From the NCBI GenBank assembly GCA_000934665.2, contig KZ537984.1:124001-188000 (forward strand): a DNA stretch of 64,000 bases, read 5' to 3'. Position 1 is the stretch's first letter. The number at the start of each line of letters is the position of its first letter. The notes under the pieces were generated by a model that was not told where the DNA came from, ran no database searches, and worked only from the letters and a program-made list of their open reading frames with translations. Positions 36,591 to 50,191 of this stretch are shown here, one piece after another. Position numbers and translations under genes: made by a program. This DNA comes from Catajapyx aquilonaris (Eukaryota).

Positions 36591-36720
36591 CTGCAATCCT
36601 GCTTCTTCGGCGGCGGTCAACGACTTGGGTACCATCCACGTCCAGTGCAATGGTTTATCCAGCAGGCGTCCAAAGAAAGACGAAGAAGCCCCTGCTTGCG
36701 TGCGGGACTGGTAAACGAGC
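36591..36720 (-). other. Candidate 5' UTR exon of P4HA copy A
   Basis: 130-nt GC-richer block bounded by TTCTTGTTCAG| and CAG|GTAAGG. The first coding exon of copy A has an acceptor (TTTCTCTTCCAG at 34355) 2 nt before its ATG, implying an upstream exon. Confidence 0.4.
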
Positions 36721-39700
36721 CTGAACAAGAAGTGCACGTGAAAAAAAATGATGGTTTGTTGCCCAGAGTGTGTGCAGTAGGTGGAATAATCCGGCAGATT
36801 GCAGAACTTTCGGAGTAGACCAAACACCACGTGCCGGTAGACTTCCTTCCTTCCTTCCTCCGACGAGCAACCAACTGGAATGAAATTGCGCAGTGTGAGT
36901 ACCTAAAAAAAAAAGAGGAGTGGACATGCCCCAGATTGACCAGGTCGTGGTTTCAGGCCTCATTTTCAGTGTGTGGTGACCCAGAGGACAGCCAGATTAT
37001 GATCTAGGGCCCCCGTTTTTGATGGGGAAAAATTGTGTGAGCTTACCGGCAGCATGCAGATGTGGCCAGATCCTGGTTCAAAATGGCAACGAACCGTAGT
37101 TGCGCGCAGATGGTATCTTCTGAGATTAATGTTCTCTCTTGGGTACTATCTTGCGGTCACCGCCGTACCGTTAGTTGGAGTGAGCGGTTATGAATAGCAA
37201 GCAACTTCTTCTGGGTTATGACTTTTTTTACATTTTTTAATTGACACGTGTTCGTGCGGTACGGTACATCGTACTTGAAAATGTTCTGTTTAGAGCCATT
37301 ACACATGGTGGAATTGTCCAGTCTCCAGGAAGTAACGTACCATATTATAATATGAGTTGATAATATAAGCAGTAACTGGATGCATCTGTGTAAGACACGG
37401 AAGGTAGGATGAATTATTACCCAGTAAGGTCTCGTGCATGTGCAATAAAGTAATAAGGATTAGAAAATATTAATGCCTGCAATAAAGTCAGGTGCAAAAA
37501 CTTATTTCCCATACATTCGTATATGAGTGAGAGAAAACATTATTTCCTGACCACCGCTGACTACTTTCCATTTTGAATTGAGTTTGGCCTCACTAATCAC
37601 GTTTACCAAAAGGTGGTACATTTTTTTCTTTCCAAAAAACGAGGTGAGCACGCCCTAGTTGTTTTTCTCATTTTTTGACCAAATAACATTTTTTCTCTCT
37701 GTATAATACAATCCCCATGTCGTATAATATGCAGAGCGTAATTCCGGCGGACGTGACCTGTCGCCCATAGTTTGCATTCTCCATTATGGATAATTGCAGA
37801 CGTATGAAAAACGCGAATGGACATGGCAGGCAGACGGGATCCCGTTATGATATCTATACGTGTTTTTGTCATGCATGTGATCCTCACGATGACCCAATTG
37901 AAGCATTCAGCTTCCACCTAAAAGACACCACCTGTGTTCCCTCCTCCCAGTTGAATAAGAGAGTTTAATTCTTCAGAGAGAGGAGTCACCGGCCTTTCTC
38001 TTTCGTTCGTAAAGCCGAACGTGACGAATCATCCCAGCTTGTAACGAGAACATGACACTCCCGCATTTTTAAAAGCCAAGAAGTGAGGTCGACAAACTTG
38101 AAAATCGCATCGATATGTCACGATCCCTCGCAATGTTCATGCACGTGGAAATTAATGGGCTTAATAACGCCTCCTGCGTAATGAAGGGATCAGTGCACTT
38201 TGGTGCGTGCGTCCAACTTCCTTGGGGGTTGCCTTGGCAGTGGCCTTTTAATTCGTGCCCAGTCACTGCACCTAAATTAACACGGTGAGACTACTGCATC
38301 CAAAGACACCTTGAGTGAGTGAGAGAGACCGTGAATCCAGGAAATTGCTAACTATACGAGGCCAGGGTGACAATACTTTTGTGAAAGATGCACTTTTTTT
38401 AAAAAGTTGAGAACACGTACCGGCTAAAATCCGCATAACAGGACTCTGACCTCTTCCCCATGTGTCATCCACAAGAGTGGTTACGCCCTAGCGAAGGTTT
38501 CGTTGGTAACGAAAGTTTCGAATGGTGAATAATCTCTCACGCGACTTATAAATAGAAACAGGTTGAGCTTGCTCTCATCATTTAATGAAATCTCCACCCT
38601 ATATTATAGAGATTAAAGGTCACTTCCTCCTCTTCCTGCTGCTAGTCACCCAGAAGTGGGGCGATTGGCCACCAAAAGACAGGTATAACCTTGTCTGTTG
38701 CCAACTTTCTCTCATTCACTTTTTGGGGCCCGAGAGAAGGAAGGTCGTGCTCAACTGTGCGATGAATACTCAACCTTCTTCGCGTAATAGTCGCGATTCT
38801 TGCACCTTTTTTTTCGTAAAAAAAATCTTCTGACACAGAGTGTGATTTGCAACTCAAAGAGAGCCGAGGCTAATTGGAATCTGATGTCACGTATGCAAAC
38901 ATACTGGAATATAATCCGGCTATATGGGACAGTGTTGTCTCGAGGTTCACAGCCTTGACATGGCTAAGTGCCCCGACCTTTTTTTTTTTCATTTGACAAT
39001 TCGCAACGACATTAAAAATACGGAGAGGTGACATAAAGGAAGGAATATAAATCTCGACTGTCCCTATAACTTATTCTGGATGTCAACTCATGTAAGTTGC
39101 ATGTTGCGTGCGCTTAAATTGCAGTCATTACCACCACGTTAAAAAAAAGACAATTCCATTATTGGACGAAGAATTTGTTATGCGACTATAAAAAAACCCT
39201 CATCGGCTTCCAAAGAAGGTTGGTGTGATTCACGAGGAGAAACGGTTGATTTTCCGATCCAATTTGTTACAACTGTACAAGGACACGATGTGTGTGTGTG
39301 TTGGTGAAGGGAATTGACCCCACGTATCTGCCTGTTACACAATATTTTGACTTGTTCTGGACCTGTCGTCTTCACCTTTCGTGAAACCCGTGGGCAGACC
39401 TTGGCTTGGTATTCAAGTCAGGGTGGCTGCTTTAGAGTCCTTTTGTTTCGCTCTTTAGAACCATTTCCCAGCACCAAGAAGTTTCATTTTCAGACCTATC
39501 CAAAAGCTGTCAAGGTGATAGGTGCGGAGAGGCCAAGAATCCTCTTTCGTATTCTTTTATACACCTGGATTCCGGGCGAGGACACTAGTGACGTCAAATG
39601 TGTGTGCGCCCATAAGAAGGCGAAATCGATGCCACCTATCATACACCTCCTACTACCTAATAAATAACCATCATTGTCGCACCGCCTTGACGACTTTGCA

Positions 39701-42700
39701 ATAACAGGCGGGGCTCTTCCAAAAACAAATTCACAGCTGTTTATGTAAAAATTAGTTCTTTTTTAAAGAAAATAATGTAATCACATGCACAATCATTTTG
39801 GTTCTGAAATGCAAGATAGGAATCGTATTAATAATGGTACATTATTCAGCAGATTTTCATATTTTTAATAACGGGGTTGTATGATCGATAGTATTCCAGA
39901 ACAAGTGAATGATTGGTATCAATCAGATAATCCGGGTTTACTAATGAATCATGAAAACCTGTCTTATGATATCTCATCAGTTTGGACAACCTGTAAGGAG
40001 TGTGATTGTTGCATTTGTTGACCTACATTTAATCAGAACAGTTTTATGAATAAATTGTCAAATGCGAGCTTATTACACATCCTCACATGACTGGCATTTA
40101 ACCAAGTAACTTGTATGAAAATGTGCATGATTTTCAATCACAAATTGTTTACTGGTTTCGGTAGAAGCCATGAAAATGACAGGATGAGGAATAGAGTAAC
40201 CTTCATATGCAACTTTTACTATTCAATAGAGACATTTGGTTGGAAACAAGCACACTATGAAAGAAATTATTGTGCTCACTTTCCGGGACGTCCTACATAC
40301 TGGATGTAAAGTGCAGTTTAATGGATATATATATATATTTTTTTTTCCTGCATTACTAACTTGTCAAGGTCTACTACTGGGAAACTTTTGCACATGTGGT
40401 GCATCCGTATTATCATTCTATTGCTTGAACAACCTTTACATGAGGTGAAGTATGAATCAGCAAGGTTAACTTATATCTCAATGCGGAGGGTCGAGAGTTA
40501 CAAAATTCTGGATTTTATTGCCGGTGACCTTTGCAGATTTATTGAAATCGTAAACTGAGTACCCGGAAGCGAAAGCGCTAATCCGTGATTATATCAGTTT
40601 GGAGAGAGACCGTGTTATGGGATTTTGCTTTAACAGACCGATCATAAAGCCCCTTTCTAAACTACTCGATTTGGCACAATATTTTTTGATAAAAACTTTG
40701 CTGGAGATTAGAGTAAATAGCAAAAAAGTGTGTTCAATTGGCTCAACCTACTGTGCTACCCATTTCTAGACTATTATCATTCCATAAATACTTGTATAAG
40801 GAAGTGTTTCATAGCGAGTGAAACCTTGAAAATATCATTAAGCCATTAATCAGCAGCAGAACATGTAATTTTGGCTGGTCCCTTCAAATGAACGACTTAG
40901 ATGCAAAAACTTGGGACACGACTTTGGATAATAATTGACAGCAAATTTATTCTTACATGAATTTAAACCTACTCCAGGAATACTATGTGGCAAAGTTATT
41001 GGCAAACTGATTTCTAGCCCATCAATTTTTATAGTTTACGACATCGTGCAGGTACAAGTAGGTCTTAATTTAGCCAATGATGCCAGTGGGTTTCCCCAAA
41101 CGACCGACGAGACACACGAAGAAATCGAGAAACTCGTTTTAGCATCCGATTCCTTCATCTCTCCAAGGCCGAGAATGGGCAATGTTATCTCTTCCCCATC
41201 CATGGTTTCTGTCGTCAAAGTCTCGTGACGGTTCTGTACGTGACGGACCTTTCAGTTAAAAGGCTAAACTGGCCAGGTTCCGCACATCCGTGTAGGTTGA
41301 TTCACGTGTATTGGATTGGGGATCAAAGGTGAATAATTGTGGGCTTGTCTGTGTCACACTGATGACTCGTTAGTTGGCACGGAAGGACCTTTTTCCGTTC
41401 CGATCCAACGCTTTTGCCTGAAAAGAACAGGGCTGGTCACGGCCTTGCTGCCCTCCTGTTTCCAATAACTCACCTAATGGCGGTGTCAACATTGTAGTCA
41501 AGAACGCACAGGTGAAAGGGCCAGTCGCTGCTATCGGACCATGCAAATTTCACTCTCTATTACGTATTGTTCTCTGTTTTTTTTCCACCACTCTCTGGAT
41601 GATGGTCGCGCCTGAAAAATACAGGGTGTGCAATTTGGACTACAACAAAATTTAAAAAATTCAGATGTGTGACTGATGTCTTTGGACCAATCCTTGGGAA
41701 TCTGTGTCGAGCTGATATGTCCCTGAGGTCATCCAGATATATGCTCCGGATCGCTCTTGTCTGATGCTGACCCCTTCTGTTGATAACAATCGGCGAGGGG
41801 GTAAGGTTGGGTGACATTTGAGGCCGCCTGAATTAGCCCCGTGATTGTCGATCCGTGGAATGAGAAATTATGAGAAACATTCACTGACCCTCCCATCCCC
41901 CCCTCCACCTCTAGCCCCTTTCGTCTGCATGAATAGGGAGGCCCCGCTTTAATAAATGAAATGGAGGTCGGCGGATTACTGGCTGCAAAAATCCAGCAGA
42001 AAAGAAAAAGTGGAAAAATGAGCAAACCAGATTGGATGTTTCATGACTCGAGGGTGGAAGTCGTCGGTTTTTATTCGAGTGTTACGATCGTCAATATTAC
42101 TAATGAGTGGTCATATTACCTTGTTCTAGAAAATGTAAGAGTCGAGCTATAATTAACGTACGTTTAGAGAGAAGGGTGGAGGGGGAGAAAAGCTGATTTG
42201 AAGCAATAGACCATACCTGTTGTATTGTGTATGAAGTATTTGACATATGATATTAAGAAAGTAATAGGCTGTGGGTAAGTAGATTTGGTTAAAATGACAT
42301 GTCAGAGACAAAGTTAATTTATTTTTCATGTCAGTCACCACCGTTGCTTATGGTGTCAACACCTCGGCTTGTGCAATTCGTTAAAAAATTACTGTCTGGT
42401 TTTCCAACTACGCTGAAAATTTGACCCCAATCATGATTATTTTTTTCTTCAGATTAACACACATTTAGTTGCTTTCTCACGCAAGAGATGAGTTTGATTA
42501 TATTGATTAAACACCTTCGCCTGGTGATGATCACTTTCAATGGAAATATTTTTTGTGTTAAGTGTCAGAGTAATGATTAAATAACTGCGATCATATTTTG
42601 TGTGCATTTAATGCACCTATATTGGAATTTCTCCAAGGAAAACTATACGGGAATAGGTTTTCCATCCCCTCGAATTTTCCCTCTCCCTTTTATCCCAATT

Positions 42701-42924
42701 TCAGAAATAATTTACAGTAAATCCGTCAAGGTTGAATGTTGTGAGAAAGCAATATGTACACTTTCAATTATAATTTACAACGATACTGCTCATTAAACCT
42801 CCAAATTATGATATTAAAGCTCGACATTTTAAACTTCACGCATTTTCAGGCAAAGCTTGCTGACCCATTTAACTAACCAGATAGAAGTGAAAAAAATACT
42901 TGTTTCTGAGAAAATGTTAGCCTA

Positions 42925-42990
<66 letters not shown>
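42925..42990. repeat. (TAT)n microsatellite, ~22 units
   Basis: Uninterrupted TAT run read directly. Confidence 0.95.
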
Positions 42991-42992
<2 letters not shown>

Positions 42993-44737
42993 CAAATGAT
43001 ACTGAAAGTGACAGTTATTTGCACAGTTTGCATATTTTTTAAATTAAAAACATTTTTTTGCTAATTTGTGCTAATTATTTTGTTTTCGTGAAGGACAATG
43101 TAAGTAATGTATAATGTGCTTAGCAGTTGAATAGTACTGGTGTTCCGAGCCTTTCATTGTTAGTCACAGTTGATAATGCTGAATTATTGTCTATTGAAGT
43201 GTATATTAAAGTACATAAATAATCAGGACATAATACGATTGCTGACGTTTGAATATAAAAATTCGTCACAATCCATAAGGAAACGCGCCAGGATTACACA
43301 TTGCAGATATTTTTGCCCTCTGCTGAAGTGTGCCATGTGAATACGCCGCCAAACACAAACATTTCCTGGAGTGAGATCATAGCTTATTAACTCTGATTCT
43401 CCATTTTTCTTGCATATAGCCAGAAATTTCCCAAGTGTTCCACCAGCGGTTTCCGCCAACTAGTTTCCACGATTGCGTCCACTTCCTCTTCCTTACCAAC
43501 AAAAACTTCACGCCCGCAACTTTTTGGGGGTGTCTCCCCCAAATAAACAAGTGGAATCGGCTTAAATTAATCGGAAGTGTATAAGTGTGTGTGTAGATGA
43601 GTGGCATGAAGAGCATGTTAGGGTGTGGGCATATGAAGGAGGTGTGTCCAGAGCAAGGCCGAGTGTGTTGAGTTGCGGTGGTGCCAGGAGGCGGAGGCAT
43701 AATACTGTTGGAAGCAGGCAAGCGATGGGATTGAGGCCAGTCGTTGGAGAGCACCACAAGGACCCTGTACCTCCACAGCAGCACCCAGTCTCAACTTGCA
43801 CTCCGGACAAACAAGTCCACTTGGCACACGGCTCTCACACACTTTGCCAGGTCAGTACTGTTTACATCAGGAAGTCACCCATTTGTTCATACAATTTCAA
43901 ATGCATGTTCTTTTTTTTGGGTATACAATCTGGAACGGAAGTTAAGGCACGATTTTTAGGCGGGACGACCCTGCCCGGTTCTAAAGGAACGTGCGAAATG
44001 TGGAACATGCTTTGTCCACATTCTGACCGTTGTTTCGGTCGACTGAGGATATAAAGACATCGTGTGCCAAAAAAAAATGTAGGAAAGTTAATGGCAGTGG
44101 ACAAGCACGAGACAGGTCGTAAAAAAATATAGGAACAATTTTTTAAAGTAGTTTCAGGGCGGCAGGCGTCAGGTCCATTTAGGAAACGAGATTGCTCGAG
44201 TTACGTGACCGTTGCTGACGACTCTTGCAAAATATCCTGGCATGCCGCGAGACACCGTATTGCACGACCAGTTTTTTTTTGTGAGGTGGGGCTGTAAAAT
44301 GATACACTGAACGAAAAAGGTTTTTCCAGCCATCAGTAACGTGTGATCAAAGAGGGACACGAGAACCTCCCATTTAGGAGGAGCTGAGGCCTTTTTTGAA
44401 GGTGTCTGTCGTGTTCTGGATCACGGTATGATGGGGATGGTGTAACGAACTCCCCCCTAGTTTTATCGGGACACTTTTGATTTCACTTTATTTTTTTGTA
44501 CTCGGTGAATTACTGCACTGGGCAACCTGTTAATTATTCACCCTTCGCACACTGCGTAAATGGCTTGTCGAAATCTATGCAGGTCGAGTCACGATAGTGT
44601 TAACTCTTTTGCGTAATGTCTGTCACGCATGCACGCTATCTGGGGAGGATCCTCCTTCATTCGATCGTTGAACTTTCTCTCTCATCAGAGCAGTAGTACC
44701 CGACACCTAGTTATATCGCTGTTTCTTGTTGCAGCAG

Positions 44738-46057
44738 ATGAGAAAGCCCAGGGTGAAGATGCCGTACCTGATACTCCTGTGCCTTCTGGTCGCGTGCCAG
44801 GCGGCCCCGCAGAAAGAGGTGACCAAGACATGTCCGGAGGGGTACGAACTGAGTGTGGACGAGGTGACTGGCAAGTACGACTGCGTCTGCCTGCCGTACC
44901 ACCTGTACTGGTCTGGTGACGGGTTGTGCTACCGGGAGTTCTCGCAAGGCCCGTGTCCTCCAGGGCATCGACTGGTGTACAACGACGCCACCGAGAAGGC
45001 CGATTGCCAGTGTCCTTCCTACTGGGCCAAGTGGAAGGACGGCGCATGCTACCAGGAGTACTCGAGAGGACCGTGCAGCGAAGGCGACCTGTTCATCGCG
45101 GATCTGAACACTGGAGAGGCCCAGTGCGTGTGCAACCGAAGCATGGTCATGCACTACCACGCACCCACGGACAAGTGCTACGAGCTGTACTCCCAAGGAC
45201 CGTGTCCGGATGGACACATTATCCGGTTCGACTACCGGTCCTTGTCCCCCGAGTGTACCTGCAGGGACGGACACGTCAAGTGGAGCGACGGCAAGTGCCA
45301 CCAGTTGAACACCCGTGGTCCGTGCCAGGAGGCTGAACACTGCCAGGACGGTACCATGTGCTTCGTACGTAGCCTCGAGTCCCTCCGTATCGGATGCCAG
45401 TGTCTGTACGGGGCTGCGGATGACCAGTGCCATCAGATGTACTCGAGGGGCAACTGCCAGTACGGCGAGTGGCTGACCCCAGGCGAGAACGGTACCGCAC
45501 CTTTGTGTCAGCCTAAGCCGCAGTGCCAGCGGTTCGACAACTGGTTCTACTGGGGACCGCACGAGAGGTGCTACAGGCAGTTCAGCAGAGGACCATGCGA
45601 GAAGGGACGTCTCTTCTACATGGATCCGTCCACTGGAGAAGCCGGGTGTCACTGCAGACCAGCGTGGAAGGCCTACTACTGGAGCCGTACCCAACAGTGC
45701 TTCGAGCAGGACTCGCGTGGTCCGTGCTCATCCGGACAGTACTTCTCGTTCAACTACACCTCGGGTGAAACCGAGTGCAACTGCTTCCGATCCTACGTGT
45801 TCAACCCGGACGACGGCACCTGCGTCGAGAAGTACACTCAAGGACCATGCGAGGAAGGTCAGCTGGCGGTCAGCCAGGAAGGCACGGGTCAGTTCAAATG
45901 CGACTGCGGTCAGCACCTTTCAGCGCACTACTGGGCAGACAACGGTAAATGCTACGAGCACCATCGACAAGGCCCGTGTCCGAGTGGTCAGCTGTTCAAG
46001 GTGGACGAAAATACCGGACGGCCCGCGTGCCTCAGCTGGCCTGCGGGCAAGAAGTAG
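44738..46057 (+). CDS. Secreted Cys-rich protein with nine tandem C-x6-G[PN]C modules (DUF4789-like), 439 aa, single coding exon
   Basis: ATG directly after a GCAGCAG acceptor. Signal-peptide-like MRKPRVKMPYLILLCLLVACQA; nine repeats of the form C.C...W....C[YHFV]....[QR]G[PN]C..G. Strong GC3 bias, AATAAA at 46311, probable upstream UTR-exon donor CAG|GTCAGT at 43850/43851. The DUF4789 label is from motif recall. Confidence 0.85.
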   Translation: MRKPRVKMPYLILLCLLVACQAAPQKEVTKTCPEGYELSVDEVTGKYDCVCLPYHLYWSGDGLCYREFSQGPCPPGHRLVYNDATEKADCQCPSYWAKWKDGACYQEYSRGPCSEGDLFIADLNTGEAQCVCNRSMVMHYHAPTDKCYELYSQGPCPDGHIIRFDYRSLSPECTCRDGHVKWSDGKCHQLNTRGPCQEAEHCQDGTMCFVRSLESLRIGCQCLYGAADDQCHQMYSRGNCQYGEWLTPGENGTAPLCQPKPQCQRFDNWFYWGPHERCYRQFSRGPCEKGRLFYMDPSTGEAGCHCRPAWKAYYWSRTQQCFEQDSRGPCSSGQYFSFNYTSGETECNCFRSYVFNPDDGTCVEKYTQGPCEEGQLAVSQEGTGQFKCDCGQHLSAHYWADNGKCYEHHRQGPCPSGQLFKVDENTGRPACLSWPAGKK

Positions 46058-46241
46058 TGGACAAGAAATCTATTAACATAATTATATTACGCTGCACTTT
46101 TTTTGCGAGGAAAAGAGCAGAAGACTTACTCAACCTGTAGATAGTGTGCAATGTGTAGAGAGAGAGACGGGGACGATCAAAAGGCCGTAGGTGATACCTT
46201 CGCAATCGTCCAAAAAACCACCGAATGTACAAGGTCCTTTA

Positions 46242-46402
46242 AAAAAAATATTTTGTACTTATTTCCCTTTGTACACCGATCAAAGTTCGTTATTTACAAG
46301 CGCAGGCTGTAATAAACCTGATTGCGTACAGTTTAAAAAAAAACAAGGGTGTCCAAAGACACGCCATTTGATCTCCATGTCCTTCCTTTCAGGTTGATAG
46401 AA
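46242..46402 (+). repeat. Dispersed direct repeat, copy 1 (~160 bp)
   Basis: AAAAAAATATTTTGTACTTATTTCCCTTTGTACACCGATCAAAGTTCG...CCTTTCAGGTTGATAGAA, near-identical to 50192-50358. Confidence 0.9.
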
Positions 46403-49400
46403 TTCTACGCCGATCGGCTGCTGGATTGCGACATTATAGTCGTGTAGACTTTCCTTTTTCTGCGGAGACATTTCGACTTGGGTGTAAGAAGCAGGTCCAC
46501 AAATAAGCGGACCTTTGACATTTTTACAACCGTCGTGGAATCGCCAAACATATATTTTTGCCCGGACTGTGGCAGCCAGTGTTAATGTGACACTATTATG
46601 CAACTAGGCAAGATAGATTTTTTTTTATAAAGAAAAAGGGTATAGGGGGTGACCCTTCAAATTACAAAGCTGATTTCGCAAAAGTAGGATCTATGATGCG
46701 TTAACCATAACCTTTTTCAGACCTCAATCTAAATATCTTCTAATAATTAATATTCGCAAAGAGTTTTGCGGGAAATTATTCGTTTAGATGGGGTTAAAAG
46801 GGGGCTTGCGACACACTCGGAATGGATAAAAAGGATTGTGACAACAGGTGTTTTGACAGGATGGGCACACACCGAGATACAGTGTCCCAATTTCAGCTGG
46901 CATTTTCAGACAGGGGAGATTTATTTTGCACGATTTACGGAAGGGAACAACATACTTGTTTGGTCAAGGAAACAATCAGTGGGTTTGGCAAAAACCAGGC
47001 TCAAAGTGCCGGAAAAAAAAGCAGTTTGAAACAATAGCACAACAGGGGGGGTTTTAAGTTAGTAACCCATTTTTCGGGCTTTCTAAACGGTTTCTTGAGG
47101 CTTTTCATAAACACGACATGTACTTTTGCGACCGCCTTTGGCGTTACGACATGGTCAATTCGATGAAGTGAGAGCTTCATTTACAAGCGTTTGTGACTGG
47201 AATTGACGTTGGTCGAGTTCAAGGCTTTTTAAGCAAGTGGTACAACCGGTTTAACTCCCAATTTTTTTCTCAATTATTTCGCTCTTCATTTCTCCGTTAT
47301 AAAGCCAATGATGCAATAATTTTTCCAACCTGGTGACGAAGCTTCAATTATTGTGCTGCTTGTAATGTGCATAAGGAAATTGTAAAACAGGGCGTGACAT
47401 ATTTCGACACATTTTTTTTTTACATATTAAAAAAATTGCATATCGCAGCACCAGGGTTGTGTATAGGAAATCCTTGCACTCTCTCATGTGGTGTGGGTCA
47501 TTGAAATGTAGACTAGGAAGTGATGGACGCAAGGTTACCAGTTTTTGAGAGGAGAATAGGATCGTGAAGTTTTTTGGGGTGATGGTAGCTCAGGGAAGGC
47601 CACTTGTTTCACACGATCTGTAGGATAAAAAAGAAAAGCTGGTCGAGTCTGGGGGGGTAACATTATTGGAGAGACTTATGAATAGTTGTGGCCTTGGCAC
47701 GAAATAAGGTCACACTTTTTTAAACGATTCATGTGCCTTCAGTTTTTTAAGGTCCGCAATGGCATGCGGTATGCATTTACAACTTTTATTATAAAAGTCA
47801 TGAAACACGATTGCTGTCAGGATTTAGTAACTTTATTCTTGTGTGTTTTTGCAGACTCCGGGCTTAGTGTTCTGTAACGTTTCGCATAAGGGGAGTTGAA
47901 ACCCTTCGTTTTCTGGTGGGAAGGACAATACTTACTGTACTACACTTGCTATATTTCACGCCACAGCCAGCTGCATATTGTTCCGCCATGGTGACTCTGA
48001 CCTGTTTATGATTTTGCCAATTTTTGTACACTTTCAAGTACATTCACGCGTTTTTGACCTCATAATTTTTGGCACGTATCAATGGTCTCCATAAATAGAC
48101 TGGAATAAAGAGTTTTCTACTTGTTAGTGGCTTGTTTCAGTTCATTATACTCAGCCACACATTAGAGGTAAGTTAGTGTGTGGTTTCTTTGGGAAGGGTG
48201 GGAAAATTTGCGTCCATTGTTGGCTGCTTTTACCTAACAGGTTTAAGTTTCCTATCTTAATACTAGTGCACTATAAGTAATCCAAGTTTTACTACGAGGA
48301 TAGGGTCCAGCAAAAGCAGAGGGTAGTGAGATTTATTGCGTGTTGTGAAGCGTCACCTGAACTAAAAGTAATTGGTAGTATTGCGTATAGCATTGTCACA
48401 GCCTTCATTTACCACCTGATCTCAATTTTGATTGTAGATTTCATTTACAGTATTTCCTGCGTTTTTATTACATGTTACTACACAATCACTTTGGAGATAT
48501 TGGCTAAGTTTGTGACACTTTGTTCCACAGATGTATTATTTTTCTATTTATTATTTTAATTTTATATTTTTACATATAAAATTTTAACTACCACCCTTCC
48601 ATGACACCTAATTATTTAATGTACACTGTCAGGTTGCTGATATATATTGAGCCACAGTAATTTCAATTAGGAAAGTCACTGCTCATTTAATTTTACAGCA
48701 TTATCCAACCCTGTAGCTTGTACAGGTCATAATATGGCCAGCACAGTAGTAAATGCAACCATTAATAATACTCAATATCGCCTTTCTCGCCTGCTTCGCG
48801 TGCACATGACTAAACCACTAATTAGATTTTTCTCACAAGCACGCCTGCTCCATCAATCCTTAATTGTTTATCACTCATTGATGTCAAAATTTGGCATGTA
48901 AGAAACTTCATAATGTTACACCCTAAACCCCATCTGAAGAGGCATATACCGTAAAGCCTTTCAAGTCCAACGACATGGCAGACTCCACAAAAGGAATTCC
49001 TATGTGCTCTGTCGTGAACGGGAATCAACTTATTGATCAAGTCGGCTGGATGTCTTTCAAACAATCGAGCGAGGGTTTTGGTATATAGTTGGAACTCGGA
49101 GATCTCAGGTGAAGCAGATGGCGACACAGCTTGGATTCGGTTTGGATCTTCTGTGTGCGATGCCGCCAGGCGGGCAGGTAAAGAACCTTCTCAAAAACAT
49201 TGCATCCATGGAGCACATGGAGAAAGGTGTGCAGAGGGCAGGGATTAGTCTGACCAGAAAAACCAGTCTTGATCCCAGTGATATATGGCTTGTATACTAT
49301 ATTCCCCTTTTTATTGCACATGGCCGCACCTCTTTGCATTGTTTTGTAGGTTCAACATTTTATACTTCAAAACGAAAAAGCAAAATGTAGGCTTCGTTAC

Positions 49401-50191
49401 AGAACTGTTGTCTGTTCCTGGTACCGGATATTAAATATTTAATTTTGATAATGGCAGCATGATGTTTCACATGGGTGTCAATTCGCCCACAACATTCACT
49501 CCCCTGCATTAAGCAGGTCATCTGAACCAGTCTGCCACCCCCCACGCCCCATGTCACAATAATGGGCATCAGTAGGCTGGAGAATCCTCCTTATGCCCAC
49601 GCTCCTCAGATGGATTTTGCACGCGTGCGATTGTTACCTCACGTATGTGCATAAAAGCGACACACTTGCACCCGGCCCCTTCTCTTTCACCCGATATACA
49701 TATACCATGGCAGTCCGAGCATCCAACTCTGAACCCTGCCATTTTGGCCCAATGCTGCACCTATATTGCTCCACTCGAAAAAAAAATATATGCTACATCA
49801 TGATGATGTTCCACTTCAGCAGCCTGTGATATAACATGTCTGTCGATTGTGGGGTTTTGACACCTGTCACACAACTGTCCTCCATGAAGTTCATCTTAGA
49901 AGAATAAGACGTTACGATATACAGTGGGCGAATAGAAATTTTTGCAGTTTGAATTTTTAATACATGGAAAATATGCATAAAATGCAGCGGAATCTAGCCC
50001 GTTATGAAACTATATTGTTGTCCAAACTGTTTTTAAATTATTTTTGTTGCATGTAGGGAAACCTCTTCAGCTCAGAAACGGAACAACACCGTTACAGGCA
50101 GGTTTCACTCTAAAATGTAAATTTAGATATCGTATATCCGCCCAATTACAAATTTTCGTACTGTGCAGACGTTCTCAACAACAGGTATAGC

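Noticed and set aside
42857..43042. Poly-isoleucine ORF
   Set aside because: Translation of the (TAT)n microsatellite.
44711..45694. 327-aa minus-strand ORF
   Set aside because: Antisense shadow of the GC3-rich Cys-repeat gene.
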